From a virus, in the IMG/VR virus record IMGVR_UViG_3300022743_000002, positions 23,751 through 87,750 of that record: a stretch of 64,000 nucleotides of DNA. The stretch is one strand, 5' to 3'. Shown one piece after another: positions 1-9,648 of this stretch. The notes under the pieces are model-generated. The model was not told where the DNA came from and did not search any database. It worked only from the letters and a program-made list of their open reading frames with translations. Within the stretch, counting starts at the first letter, position 1. Each line of letters starts with the position of its first letter. The translations under genes were made by a program, and so were the position numbers.

Positions 1-3000
1 ACAGGTAGGTGTGGATGCGGACGGCTTCCTTGTTGTTGCCCTGGCGCAGGCCGCGGCCGTTGCGCTGCTGCAGCGTCGCCGGATCCCATGGCACGTCCAT
101 GTGGTGAATGTCCGTCGTGGTCTTTTGCATATTCAGGCCTTCGGCCATGGTGCAGTTGCCAATCACCACCTTAAATATGCCCGCATTCAGCTTGTCTGCA
201 ATGTTTTGCCGCTTGACTGACGACTTGGCCACATCGGCGTTGATGATGCCAATTTCCGACTTCTTGAAGCCAGCATCCACCAGTGCCGCGACGATCTTGT
301 CATGGCTCTCAATCAGTTCACTGAAAACGATCTGACCGCCTTCTTTTGCGCCTTCCAGGCACTGCTTTGCCAGTTCTTTGTACTTGGGGCTTTCCGCACC
401 AGCGTACCGCACCGGGTCCAAAATCGACAGGTCAAGCGCAGCCTTGTGCATCTTGTCCATGATCGAAAAAATATGGGAGTCGCCGGTGGCGTCCTTCTTG
501 CCAGATGACTCCTCGGCGAGCTCGCGCAGTTCAGCGTATGCGTCTTGCTGGGCGCGGGTCATATCGACCAGGTGCATGCGATCGTCGCGACTCGGGAGTT
601 TCAGCCCAACCTCGGCTGCAGTGCGCCGATCGATGTAGCGCGACATGATTTCGCGCAGCTCGTCCATGTTCTTGAACCCAGCCACCACAGTGGCGTCCTC
701 AATGTCACCCTTCGTTGATAGCACCTTGTCGGGCACAAATTCACAGAATCGGTCAAGGAATTCCTCGCTATTGCGGATGCCAATGCGCTCGAACGCCTCG
801 GGTGCGATGTGCGACAACATCGAATAGACCTCAAGCGGACTATTCTTTGTCGGCGTTGCCGTCAGTCCGTGGACGTTCTTTCCGCCATTGGTCTCGCGGA
901 TCCAACGTGCTTTCATGTTGAAGTCCAAGGCTCGGTTACTCAGACCCTGGCCACCCAAGAACTTCGGCTGGTCGCCAAATCGTGCGCGCGCCGAATACAG
1001 GTTCTTTTGGTGGTGCATCTCGTCGGCAATGAGCATGTCAATACCAAGGTCTTCAAAATACACGGCGTTGGTGCGCTCACTGAATTCCCGCTGCGCTACG
1101 GACTGCTCAAAATTTTCTTTGATGGCCTTGCGCCGTTTGTCTCCGACGTTGTCCAGTTTGTCGCCGCGCTGTACCCAGAAGTCCTCGGAGTAGTATTGTT
1201 CCTTGCGCTCGGGCGTGATATCGATTTCCTCGAATGACGGCTCGCTGATGATGACGAAGTCGTAATCGTTCTGCGTCATGTCGTGGTACTTGCGCTTGCG
1301 CTCGTCGGCGGTGTCATCGACGCCAACCAGCATGCCGTCCTTGTCCTTCGCGAAGTTTGCGCCGATCGTAAGGACCTTGGATCCTGGGAACCAATCCTGA
1401 GTTTCGCTATACCAGTTGGCCAGCACAGACTTTGGCGCGACGATGACCGGTCGCTTTGTAGTGCCCTGCACCTTGGCCATGCGAGCCAACAACAACCCGC
1501 CAAGGGTTTTACCCAGTCCAACGTCGTCAGCGATGATACCTTTGCCGGTCGCCAGGGAGCGGCGCAGGCTCGACCAGCGCCAGTCGCGCACGGACTTGTT
1601 GGGGTTCAGTCCTGGCACCTCGATGGGCTCATTTGAATACTCGGGCGCCACAAAGCCGCGGAATGACCGATTGTATTTTTCCTCAATCGCGTCCCGGTGG
1701 GCGCTGGCGCACAGCCAGTCCTTGAATTCTACGTTCAGCGCATCGATGACAGGACGGTACTCCTTCATCATCTTCGCGTCTTTGGTACCTCGATTCAGGT
1801 AGGCGTTGAGCGCCTTGTACTCCGTGCTGTACGAGTTTCCGCCAGTAATGAAGTACACACCGGAGTCAAATTTGACATCAATCGCTCGCTCCTTCTTGGT
1901 CCAGTCGTTTGCGTCTGGTCCATCGTGCAGCTTCCAGGTCATGAACTCCGACAGGATGTGAGTCGGTATGAATGCAGAATTCACCTGAATGTCGACGTCA
2001 TCGAGCGACTTCGGGTCAATCGTCTTTTCCAGCCGCTCAATCTGCAGGCGCAGTTTGTCGGCGAGCTCAGGGTGAGCGTTTGTTTCCAGTTCCTTCTTTG
2101 CTGCATCCAAGCGTAGCCACAGGTCGCCGGTGAGGTAAGCGTCCATGGTGGTCCATCCGCCAACGGCAAAGGCGTAACGTTGGTCGGCTGCCAGCTGGTC
2201 CTCGACCTCGTCCACGGTCTTACCAAGGCGATCGGCTAGCTCAGCGGCATCGAATGTGTCGCCGTTGTGCTGGAGCGCCAGGGCCTGAGCGGTGGCATCG
2301 AATCCGCTTTCTGTCTTGCGCACGGTGCCGGTCACCAGGTCCGACAATTCACCCTTGCGGTTCACCGCGCCCAGCAGGTTGAATATGATCTTGTTGACGT
2401 TGGCAGCCGTTTTCACGTCCACACTGTCATTTGGGTTGCCGTGCTTTTCCACGTATGCGCGCACACGGTCCGCCAGGCCGTCACGCACGACGCCGCGCTT
2501 TGCCATCTCTATTTCAACGCCCAAAGCCTCGGCGTCGCTAATAGCTGCGGTTTGCATATACTCATCGACGCTATGCCAGCGCGGCGGGTCGCCCTGCAGC
2601 ACGTAGGTGACGCCGTCCACGACCTTGGTGTCGCCCACCTTGGCGATGTTGGCGTATGGGCGCCGGAATGCCGCGGACAACGCGCGATCCTTGGCTTTCT
2701 GGTCGTCACCCAGGGCTCCGAGAATATGGTGCATGGTCACGCTGATGGCCGGTGCGCTCTCGCTTTCTGGCGTGAAATCGGCAATGGCGTCGGCGACCCC
2801 ATCCATGGAGCCCTCGACAGTAATGTCGTTGCCCATACCAGCCTTCGCGCGCCAGCCTTCGGTCATGGTGCCGAGAACGTTGCTGGCGCCGCGCCCGGTG
2901 AAATACTCACCGGAAATGAACTCAGCATCCCAGACGCCCAGCTTTTGCAGTGTGGCTTGGTCGACCGTGCCAAGAGCTCCAGCGACGTCGTCGGGGCGCT

Positions 3001-4798
3001 TGCGCAGGTAAATGACGTCGGTAGTCACCTCGGTATGGCTGTGCTCGAATGCCGTGTTTGGCATGCGTTGCGCGCCAAGGAATTCCCCCTTGGTTAGCAG
3101 ACGCTCACGCAGGCTACGATTGGTCTTGCTGTCCATGATGCCGGTTGGCACCACCAGGGCGACAATGCCGCCGGGCTTGCACTTATCCAGCGCGGTATCG
3201 GTGAAGTAGGCCTCAGCCGTGCTGATATCTTTCTTGTCGTCCTTAGCCAGGAAGCCGCGCGGACCATAGGGCGGGTTTCCAATGACAACGTCGAACTGGC
3301 GATCGTCGGACGTTGCGAAGCGCTCCAGGCTGGCTGTATGGATTTCGTGGCGGTCGCCGTGCAGGGCCGTGGCTGCGGCCGCGCTGGTGGGATCGAGCTC
3401 CACGCCGGTGACCTTGAAGCCAGCCGGCGCAGTGTGCAGGAAAACGCCGGTAGCGCAGCTCGGCTCCAGGGCGGTACCGCCGGTGACGCCCAGAGCGGCG
3501 ATTGCCGTCCACATGCCGCGCGCCACTTCGGGATCCGTGTAGAACTCATTCAAGCTGTCGCCGCAGCCACCATTGCCGCTGTACTGGCGGAACAGAGCGC
3601 GGTCGGCGTCGCTGTACGGGCCACCGTCGGCCAAGCGCTTCACCACATCGGAATTGATGGCGAGGCGCTTTTTCTTGCTGGTGCCGGCCGGTACGCCGAA
3701 TGGCGCTGTGGGGTCGTGGGGCACTACGAGGACGGGCGCGGGCTTATTTTCGACTTCGGCAGGTTTTGCCGGCTGTGTTTGCACTTTTTCTGCAGAAACA
3801 GTCTTTATTTTCCCCGCCTTCGCATCACGCTTATCTCGCCGGCGCTTGAGCTCAGCGTCGATTGCGTCGACGTCAACTTGCATTGAGTTGATCAGCGCAG
3901 TATTGACGGATCCGCCATCCCAGCCCTTGCGTTTTTCGGCTGCGATCTTTTGCGCGCCATAGTTGGATGCGCGCTCCAGGTCTTTGGTGCCTTCGCGCAC
4001 CAGATCGGCAGCCGACAGATTGACAATGCGGTCGTAGTGTTCCCGCCACTCGCGGTGCGACCTATCCTGATCGGACTCATCAACCTCGCGGGCTGGCTTG
4101 ACCTCAGCCTTTGGCGGCTTGACCGGCTCGGGCTTTGCCGGCGCGCGATGCTTCAGCGTCATATCAGACGCCATGCGCCTCACCGTTGCGCCAACCTTGA
4201 AAGCCGTGCGAGGTGGAACCTCAAGCACTGAAGTGGTCACAAGGTCGTCGTATCTGTGCTCGCTCACGAGCGCCGTGATTTCTTTCCCGACCCTGTCCTT
4301 GAAGGTAACCACATCGCCAGGCTGGAACTTCGCCCTGGACGGTTTCGACTCCTGCACTGGCGCCTTGTCCGCAAACAGATCCGGCGTCTCGCCCTTCTCC
4401 GGCTCCTTTTCCGCCACGGCATCGAACATGGCCGACACTTCAGCGGGAGTTTTTCCGGCCAGCTTCGCCATTTCAGCGAATAGAGCCTGCTGCTGTCCTT
4501 CGGAAAGACCGGCGATTGTGGAACCAAGCAAGCGCAGGCCGCCATGGCGGGCGATGAATGCGTCCAGCTTGGAGCGCTTTACTGCCGGCGCTGGAGCATT
4601 GTGCTCGGCAAACATATCCAGCGTAGCGTGGTGCGCCGGCGCCGGTGCGCGCTTTACCGACACTTTCTGGATGCGCACATGGGCATCGACTAACGCGCCA
4701 TCTTTGCGGACATGGGCCGCAACGTGGACGGGCGCGTCAAACAGATTGAATTGGGATTTGGTAAAAAAGATGAGCATGTGACAGCCTTCTGGGAGCAT
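1..4798 (-). CDS. Giant DarB-like protein: N6-adenine methyltransferase plus SNF2/SF2 helicase (3' end beyond the left edge)
   Basis: Manual translation (absent from the ORF track because it has no stop in the window): MLIFFTKS at 4777, with an in-frame ATG at 4798. MTase motifs EFYT, LEPSCATGVF, FDVVIGNPPY. Helicase motifs IIADDVGLGKT, VIVAPKS, GIDMLIADEMH, LTATP. Confidence 0.88.
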   Translation of the reverse strand, partial: MLPEGCHMLIFFTKSQFNLFDAPVHVAAHVRKDGALVDAHVRIQKVSVKRAPAPAHHATLDMFAEHNAPAPAVKRSKLDAFIARHGGLRLLGSTIAGLSEGQQQALFAEMAKLAGKTPAEVSAMFDAVAEKEPEKGETPDLFADKAPVQESKPSRAKFQPGDVVTFKDRVGKEITALVSEHRYDDLVTTSVLEVPPRTAFKVGATVRRMASDMTLKHRAPAKPEPVKPPKAEVKPAREVDESDQDRSHREWREHYDRIVNLSAADLVREGTKDLERASNYGAQKIAAEKRKGWDGGSVNTALINSMQVDVDAIDAELKRRRDKRDAKAGKIKTVSAEKVQTQPAKPAEVENKPAPVLVVPHDPTAPFGVPAGTSKKKRLAINSDVVKRLADGGPYSDADRALFRQYSGNGGCGDSLNEFYTDPEVARGMWTAIAALGVTGGTALEPSCATGVFLHTAPAGFKVTGVELDPTSAAAATALHGDRHEIHTASLERFATSDDRQFDVVIGNPPYGPRGFLAKDDKKDISTAEAYFTDTALDKCKPGGIVALVVPTGIMDSKTNRSLRERLLTKGEFLGAQRMPNTAFEHSHTEVTTDVIYLRKRPDDVAGALGTVDQATLQKLGVWDAEFISGEYFTGRGASNVLGTMTEGWRAKAGMGNDITVEGSMDGVADAIADFTPESESAPAISVTMHHILGALGDDQKAKDRALSAAFRRPYANIAKVGDTKVVDGVTYVLQGDPPRWHSVDEYMQTAAISDAEALGVEIEMAKRGVVRDGLADRVRAYVEKHGNPNDSVDVKTAANVNKIIFNLLGAVNRKGELSDLVTGTVRKTESGFDATAQALALQHNGDTFDAAELADRLGKTVDEVEDQLAADQRYAFAVGGWTTMDAYLTGDLWLRLDAAKKELETNAHPELADKLRLQIERLEKTIDPKSLDDVDIQVNSAFIPTHILSEFMTWKLHDGPDANDWTKKERAIDVKFDSGVYFITGGNSYSTEYKALNAYLNRGTKDAKMMKEYRPVIDALNVEFKDWLCASAHRDAIEEKYNRSFRGFVAPEYSNEPIEVPGLNPNKSVRDWRWSSLRRSLATGKGIIADDVGLGKTLGGLLLARMAKVQGTTKRPVIVAPKSVLANWYSETQDWFPGSKVLTIGANFAKDKDGMLVGVDDTADERKRKYHDMTQNDYDFVIISEPSFEEIDITPERKEQYYSEDFWVQRGDKLDNVGDKRRKAIKENFEQSVAQREFSERTNAVYFEDLGIDMLIADEMHHQKNLYSARARFGDQPKFLGGQGLSNRALDFNMKARWIRETNGGKNVHGLTATPTKNSPLEVYSMLSHIAPEAFERIGIRNSEEFLDRFCEFVPDKVLSTKGDIEDATVVAGFKNMDELREIMSRYIDRRTAAEVGLKLPSRDDRMHLVDMTRAQQDAYAELRELAEESSGKKDATGDSHIFSIMDKMHKAALDLSILDPVRYAGAESPKYKELAKQCLEGAKEGGQIVFSELIESHDKIVAALVDAGFKKSEIGIINADVAKSSVKRQNIADKLNAGIFKVVIGNCTMAEGLNMQKTTTDIHHMDVPWDPATLQQRNGRGLRQGNNKEAVRIHTYL

Positions 4799-4804
4799 CC
4801 CCAG

Positions 4805-4820
4805 AGGGTAGCGTCACGAT
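4805..4820 (-). promoter_or_regulatory. Putative late promoter ATCGTGA-CGC-TACCCT
   Basis: Copy of the 11-member motif; ATG at 4798 follows 6 nt after the hexamer. Confidence 0.75.
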
Positions 4821-4822
4821 GC

Positions 4823-7153
4823 TCAGCGCGGCGCCAGGAATACTACAGGCATAGACTTTGTAATGTCTGGATTAGAGCCATCGAACTCGCCATTGTTGCC
4901 GATAGCCGATTTGATCTGCGTCGGATCAAAAACGACGTACTCAGCGGGGTAGTCACCGTTCTGGATGTGCCCGTAGCTCAAAATTACACCGTCGTGGCCC
5001 TTGGCGGCCAGTTCCTGCGTCCACTTCGCGGCAGCTTCATTGTCACCGCGGCGCTCGGCGAGCATCAGCCGCTGCTTGTCTTCCAGTGTGGCCTGATACG
5101 GGTTCTTTAGGCTCAGGTAGACAGGCATCACGTTGGGTGACGCGCCAGCCTTGAGGTTGGTGTAGCTGTTGGAGATTTCGGTGTCGTTGGTGAAGTAGAA
5201 GCCCTGACCGAGCCAGCCGTTGTCTTTTTTGTTGGCGTGGCCGTGCTTGAACTCAGCGAAGTCATCAGCGGTTCCGTGATAAACGATCAACGGCTTACCA
5301 TTCCCGTCAACCACTTTACTGCCTCGAAACCAGGTCTTGAACTTCGCGGTTTCGGTTGGATGCTGGAGCGCGGCCGGCTTCGGGGCCAGTCCAGCAGCCA
5401 CAGCCTGCAACGCCTTCCTGGGGTCTACAAACTCCAATTTGGTGCCCATGTCGGTGTGACCGACGCGGATCAGGCTCTTGATGTGCGGGCGCACGGCGTG
5501 TGACGTGATGCCGAACACCTCGGCGGCCGCTGGAATGAACCACTTGAGCCCAGATGAGCCAGCTTTCAGGCCTAGCCGATTTAGGTCCATATCCGTGACT
5601 TCGCCGCCGGCCATCAACCGATCGCGCATGGCGGCCAGCGCGGTGGCGCGATCGGCCTTGTTTTTGGCGGAACTCTCGCGGTTCGATAGCCACTGCTTGC
5701 CCTGCGCCGCAGCATCCTCCGGCTTCGCGTGGTACGCGCTCAAAATATCTTTGCCCGGGAGCTCGACCGCGTAGTGGCCAGCGATTAGCCCTTTGCCGCG
5801 CGACCAGGTTGTGCCCTCGGGGAAATCGGACAGCAGGTGGTCGTGCTCGTGCTCGCCCGCGGGCTCGGTGTGCTGGAGCTCGTCGGCGAACATATCTGGC
5901 GTGTGAGTTACCGCGTCCTTGCCGTTCAGCGGGCTCGGCCCCATCGGTTTGCCGCTCATGGGGCCGCCAAATAGGCTCATTTGCCCGGGCGTAGCATGCG
6001 GGCGCGCAGATCGACCCTGATACCCAGCGACGTTCACCAGACGACCGCCACGCAGGTACGGGCCAACATGGGATTTGAAGAACAAGACCATGCTCTTGGC
6101 GATGGTGGCGCCGCCGGCCGTACCTCGGCTTTCCACGCCGTTGTCGTCGTTGAACTTCTTGGCGACCTTGATCAACTCCATCGCCGGCATGCCGATCTTG
6201 ATGATGGGTAGCTGCTTGCCTTCGAGCGCAGCGACGGCCCAGCGGTGGTGACCGTCGAGCACGCGATTGTCGGACGACACCAGAATGCGGGTTTTGGCGT
6301 CGTACCGGCCCGCCCGCGTCTCGTCCGTCAGGTAGTCCATATTGGCGGCGTTGTAGGTGCCCTGGGTCGGCTTCAGTTCGGACGGGTTCACCGTGGCCTC
6401 GGTCACGGAAACACCTGACTCACGCAGCCCGTTCAAGAACTTTTCTTTCACGCCGCTCGGAACCTGGGGCATGTCATCCCGGCGGATGCCAAGCGACGGC
6501 TTGAACATTTCCGCGTACTGCTGGTGCCGCTGGCGCTTGTCTTCGTGGGCCTGCACCACAGTTCCATCGGAGCGGGTGTAGGTATCGACGTGGGCCTTCA
6601 GCAGCAGCGCCTTGATCATGGCAGGCTTGTCGATCGTGGCGCGCACCTTGGAAACGAACTCGGCCACCGGCATGGCGGTGATGGGGCCCAGGAAACGCGG
6701 GTCGGTGTAGTTGGCCAGAAATGCCTGCTTGGCGTCTTCCTCGCTATCGAACCCGGCCATGGCCTTGTCTTCATCGTAGCGGGTCCAGTCGCCATAGGTG
6801 TTCTGGTGCACCACGTAGACCATGGGCGCGTCCGGGTTCGGGCCCATGTAGATATCGACCGGGTCACCATCCACGCCCATGGATCCGACCACCTCGCCGT
6901 AGTCGTAGGACATGCGGATTTCCCAGGCCTCGCCGGACCGGTTCACGCCGCGGCGCACGGATCCCGCCGGATTCTCAATTGCCAGCGTCAGTCCCTGCCA
7001 TTCGATGCGTGGCTTCTTGTAGGCGCCCTCGCCGGCCTGGGCGGCACTGGGCTCGCCGGGGTTTCGGCGAACTTCGCCTTCCCCCAGGTCGGCAGGCTTG
7101 GCGGCGCCGCTCATTGCCTGTGTGACGGGGTGGGATTTGAGGAAAACGATCAC
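4823..7153 (-). CDS. Polyvalent protein: inorganic-pyrophosphatase-like + ParB-like + ADP-ribosyltransferase (ART-PolyVal-like) domains
   Basis: YG...GVDGDPVDIY...YDEDKAMAGFDS (PPase-like); LKPTQ...ILVSSDNRVLDGHHRW (ParB/Srx); WFRGSKVVDGNGKPLIVYHGT...GFYFT...VYLSLKNP...GHDGV...EYVVFDPTQIKS (ART). Confidence 0.82.
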   Translation of the reverse strand: MIVFLKSHPVTQAMSGAAKPADLGEGEVRRNPGEPSAAQAGEGAYKKPRIEWQGLTLAIENPAGSVRRGVNRSGEAWEIRMSYDYGEVVGSMGVDGDPVDIYMGPNPDAPMVYVVHQNTYGDWTRYDEDKAMAGFDSEEDAKQAFLANYTDPRFLGPITAMPVAEFVSKVRATIDKPAMIKALLLKAHVDTYTRSDGTVVQAHEDKRQRHQQYAEMFKPSLGIRRDDMPQVPSGVKEKFLNGLRESGVSVTEATVNPSELKPTQGTYNAANMDYLTDETRAGRYDAKTRILVSSDNRVLDGHHRWAVAALEGKQLPIIKIGMPAMELIKVAKKFNDDNGVESRGTAGGATIAKSMVLFFKSHVGPYLRGGRLVNVAGYQGRSARPHATPGQMSLFGGPMSGKPMGPSPLNGKDAVTHTPDMFADELQHTEPAGEHEHDHLLSDFPEGTTWSRGKGLIAGHYAVELPGKDILSAYHAKPEDAAAQGKQWLSNRESSAKNKADRATALAAMRDRLMAGGEVTDMDLNRLGLKAGSSGLKWFIPAAAEVFGITSHAVRPHIKSLIRVGHTDMGTKLEFVDPRKALQAVAAGLAPKPAALQHPTETAKFKTWFRGSKVVDGNGKPLIVYHGTADDFAEFKHGHANKKDNGWLGQGFYFTNDTEISNSYTNLKAGASPNVMPVYLSLKNPYQATLEDKQRLMLAERRGDNEAAAKWTQELAAKGHDGVILSYGHIQNGDYPAEYVVFDPTQIKSAIGNNGEFDGSNPDITKSMPVVFLAPR

Positions 7154-8310
7154 TTTGGTTCCTTGCGCGGCATGGCCGCCAGCTTGTCACGCATCCATTG
7201 CCCGAACTCCACATCGTCACCTGGCCGGTCCTGAATCGTCGGAACCCAGCGCCCACGGCAATGCGGGTGCACCAGGCCGACTGGCACCTGCCACATCTCC
7301 TCGGGCTCGCGCTCCTTGAACACGGACCCCACGCGCTTGCGTGGGCTGGCGCTTCGCCCAACGTTGGTTTTGCCCGGCCAAATCATGGTCTCCGGGTCCT
7401 TGTCCTCGCGGGCGGCGTCCACGACTTCCATGACGCGGCCGTCGATTTTGCGACAGAACGCACAGGCGTTTTTGTACTGCTCGACACGCTTGACCTTGGT
7501 GCCCATGGGTAGAGACGACACGTAGCCGGCGGTCTGTGCTTCGCCGGCCTCGGTCACGGCGATCCGCCGCCAGTCGCGGTTCAGCGTGCCGAACTGGTCG
7601 AGGAGCTTGGTCTCCAGACTCGACGACGGTGCCGGCAGTCCGAGCTCGCGCTCCGTGACGTGCTCGGCAATGACGCCACGCATGCGGTGCCGGACGTCAT
7701 TGGCGATGTTGCGGACATTCTCGGCACAGCGGGTTTCAGCGTGAGCCATGGTAGCGCGCTGTGCGACGGTGCCGCCAAACGCCGCAATGGCCTCAGCGGC
7801 CGTGCTCGGCATGGCCGCCAGCAGCACGTCGGCCTGCTTGGCGTCGGCGGCCTCCATGTTGGCCTGCACGCGCCCCATGAGGCTGGCACGTGTCGACAAC
7901 CAGTCGGCCTCGGTGCGCATGTCGTCTGCAGGCAGGTAGCGCTGCACCGTCGCGTCGACGGCAAGCATGTGGTCTTCCAGCGTCCAATCGGACGGCGGGA
8001 GGTGTTCGAGGTAGATATGGACCAGAGAGAGCTCGCTTTGCGTCCATCGCTCCATCATGCCGCCAGGGCGAATGATGCGCTCGCCGGGCTTGTGTCGGAC
8101 GCCGGCGGTCCAGGCCTGAATCTCGGTGCGCACGGCGTCAAGGCGATCGAGACCGCGCTGCGTGAAAAGCTCGACCAGGCGACGCAGCAACGGGCTATCC
8201 ATTGGCGCCCAGATGCCGTCGTCGTGGTCATGCGTGGACTTGCACAGGAACTCCAGAGCGTCGTTTGTGACGCGCTCACCAAGTTCAATTAAATCGACGA
8301 ACAAAGACAT
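7150..8310 (-). CDS. MuF/SPP1 gp7-like head morphogenesis protein
   Basis: RDWRRIAVTE, CAFC and HPHCRG motifs; lies downstream of the portal. Confidence 0.75.
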   Translation of the reverse strand: MSLFVDLIELGERVTNDALEFLCKSTHDHDDGIWAPMDSPLLRRLVELFTQRGLDRLDAVRTEIQAWTAGVRHKPGERIIRPGGMMERWTQSELSLVHIYLEHLPPSDWTLEDHMLAVDATVQRYLPADDMRTEADWLSTRASLMGRVQANMEAADAKQADVLLAAMPSTAAEAIAAFGGTVAQRATMAHAETRCAENVRNIANDVRHRMRGVIAEHVTERELGLPAPSSSLETKLLDQFGTLNRDWRRIAVTEAGEAQTAGYVSSLPMGTKVKRVEQYKNACAFCRKIDGRVMEVVDAAREDKDPETMIWPGKTNVGRSASPRKRVGSVFKEREPEEMWQVPVGLVHPHCRGRWVPTIQDRPGDDVEFGQWMRDKLAAMPRKEPK

Positions 8311-8316
8311 GCTGGC

Positions 8317-8332
8317 AGTATGCGATCACGAC
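8317..8332 (-). promoter_or_regulatory. Putative late promoter GTCGTGA-TCG-CATACT
   Basis: Motif copy; ATG at 8310 follows after 6 nt. Confidence 0.75.
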
Positions 8333-8333
8333 G

Positions 8334-8502
8334 AAAAGCCGGAGCGGTTTCCAGCCCCGGCGATCCGGCGCGACCCTGGCACGGCGCGTAAACGCCGGAA
8401 AGGAACCGACCTCCAACCCTCAATGGACGTCGGCGCCATGTCGCGCTGCGGCCTTTATATCCCGAATGAACCGCAAACGGTCACGCTCAAGCCAACACTA
8501 AC
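8334..8502 (-). ncRNA. Candidate late non-coding RNA (about 170 nt)
   Basis: Own motif promoter at 8509-8524, no credible ORF, ends in a GC hairpin followed by TTTT. Confidence 0.45.
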
Positions 8503-8508
8503 AATGGC

Positions 8509-8524
8509 AGTGTGCAGTCACGAC
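8509..8524 (-). promoter_or_regulatory. Putative late promoter GTCGTGA-CTG-CACACT
   Basis: Motif copy directly after a terminator; no start codon at +1. Confidence 0.7.
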
Positions 8525-8550
8525 AAAAAAACCCGGCACAAGGCCGGGTT
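8525..8550 (-). terminator. Intrinsic terminator of the portal-SAS-SAH operon
   Basis: AACCCGGC-cttgt-GCCGGGTT-TTTTT on the minus strand. Confidence 0.85.
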
Positions 8551-8842
8551 AAAAGCTCCGACCCAGGGAGGAAAGGCCGGCCACTTGCGTGGGGGTTGAT
8601 GGCGGCCGAAGGTGATCACCCTGCTATCGACCGGGAACCCCCAGCCGTTCGGCATCTTCGCCATCAAGAATGAGACCTTACCACTGGCTGCATCCGCGTT
8701 TAAGTAGATACACCATAATCTCATACTTGATGACCCTGCAAGCAGGCATCAAGGGCACCTAACGGGTACCAGTCGACGTGATTAAGTGCCGTCGCACGGA
8801 GTTGTCTACTCAGGTCCGAAAACTAATTCTAATCACAAATAA
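8551..8842 (-). ncRNA. Structured long 3' UTR or candidate ncRNA
   Basis: Consecutive stems: TTGATGGCG/CGCCATCAA, ATGAGA/TCTCAT, CTTGATG/CATCAAG. Confidence 0.4.
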
Positions 8843-9439
8843 CTATATTTGTGCAATGCCGCGCAAATATATTTCATCAAAAATAGCATCGAGTACGGGG
8901 TGACGCTGGCTCATGGCCGTTACCACCTGGCGCGCATCGCTGTAATACTTGCGCTTTCTGTCTGCGCCCCAAGCCGGTGGCATAACCAGCAGGTCCCGCA
9001 AGTTAGCAGTCTTGTCTGCCACCTTCACGGCGGCCGCCCTGGGGCTCATGGTTTGCGCGTGGGCTACCTGCATCGCCAGCTTGTCTTCGGGCTTCACGTC
9101 TTCGTTCGTGAGCTCCGCCACGGCGTCGGCAACGTCATGACCAAATTCAGCCACCAGGTTTTCGTGGCTGACGCCGCAGTCCTCAATGGTGTCGTGCAGC
9201 AGAGCCGTGATCAGCGTGGCGTCATCGGTGACGCCAGCCTCATCGTGCAGGATTCGGGCGACTGCGCGCGGGTGTTCGATGTAGGGAACCTTGGGCGCGC
9301 CAGGCTGGCCCTTGCGGTACTGGCCGGTGTGGGCCCGCTCCGCGAACTTGTCGGCGCGCCTGACGTGAGGGGAAACGTAAACGCCATTGCGGCGGGTATG
9401 GCCCGCCACATGAACCGTTGATTTGAACAAGAGGATCAC
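8843..9439 (-). CDS. HD-domain small alarmone hydrolase (Mesh1/SpoT-HD family) with an N-terminal KS tag
   Basis: AHTGQYRK...PYIEHP...ALLHDTIED...FG..VA..V.ELT...VKVADKTANLRD. Confidence 0.88.
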   Translation of the reverse strand: MILLFKSTVHVAGHTRRNGVYVSPHVRRADKFAERAHTGQYRKGQPGAPKVPYIEHPRAVARILHDEAGVTDDATLITALLHDTIEDCGVSHENLVAEFGHDVADAVAELTNEDVKPEDKLAMQVAHAQTMSPRAAAVKVADKTANLRDLLVMPPAWGADRKRKYYSDARQVVTAMSQRHPVLDAIFDEIYLRGIAQI

Positions 9440-9648
9440 GCCTGATCCCTGGTCTCGGCCTTTTGTTCACCCATGTAGGGCTTCACTTCGTCGAGGGTCA
9501 TGGGGTTGCTCAGCCTACGTACCCTGTCGACGTCGCCTTCGTAGGGCTTCCATTGGCCGGTCCGCTCTAGGTAGACCTCCATCTTGCCGCCGGCATCCCG
9601 GAAAACAGCCCCCTCGACCTCAAAATACTGCTCAGTTCCCATTTTCAC
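9436..9648 (-). CDS. 70-aa hypothetical protein, candidate antitoxin or regulator of the synthetase
   Basis: Overlaps both neighbouring genes; the function is inferred from position only. Confidence 0.7.
   Translation of the reverse strand: MKMGTEQYFEVEGAVFRDAGGKMEVYLERTGQWKPYEGDVDRVRRLSNPMTLDEVKPYMGEQKAETRDQA

Noticed and set aside
11-4781. Many plus-strand ORFs in the supplied track
   Set aside because: They are antisense shadows of the single minus-strand DarB-like frame in GC-rich DNA.
8518-8724. 68-aa minus-strand ORF in the structured region
   Set aside because: It runs through a strong terminator and lacks a clear SD; RNA structure explains the region better.
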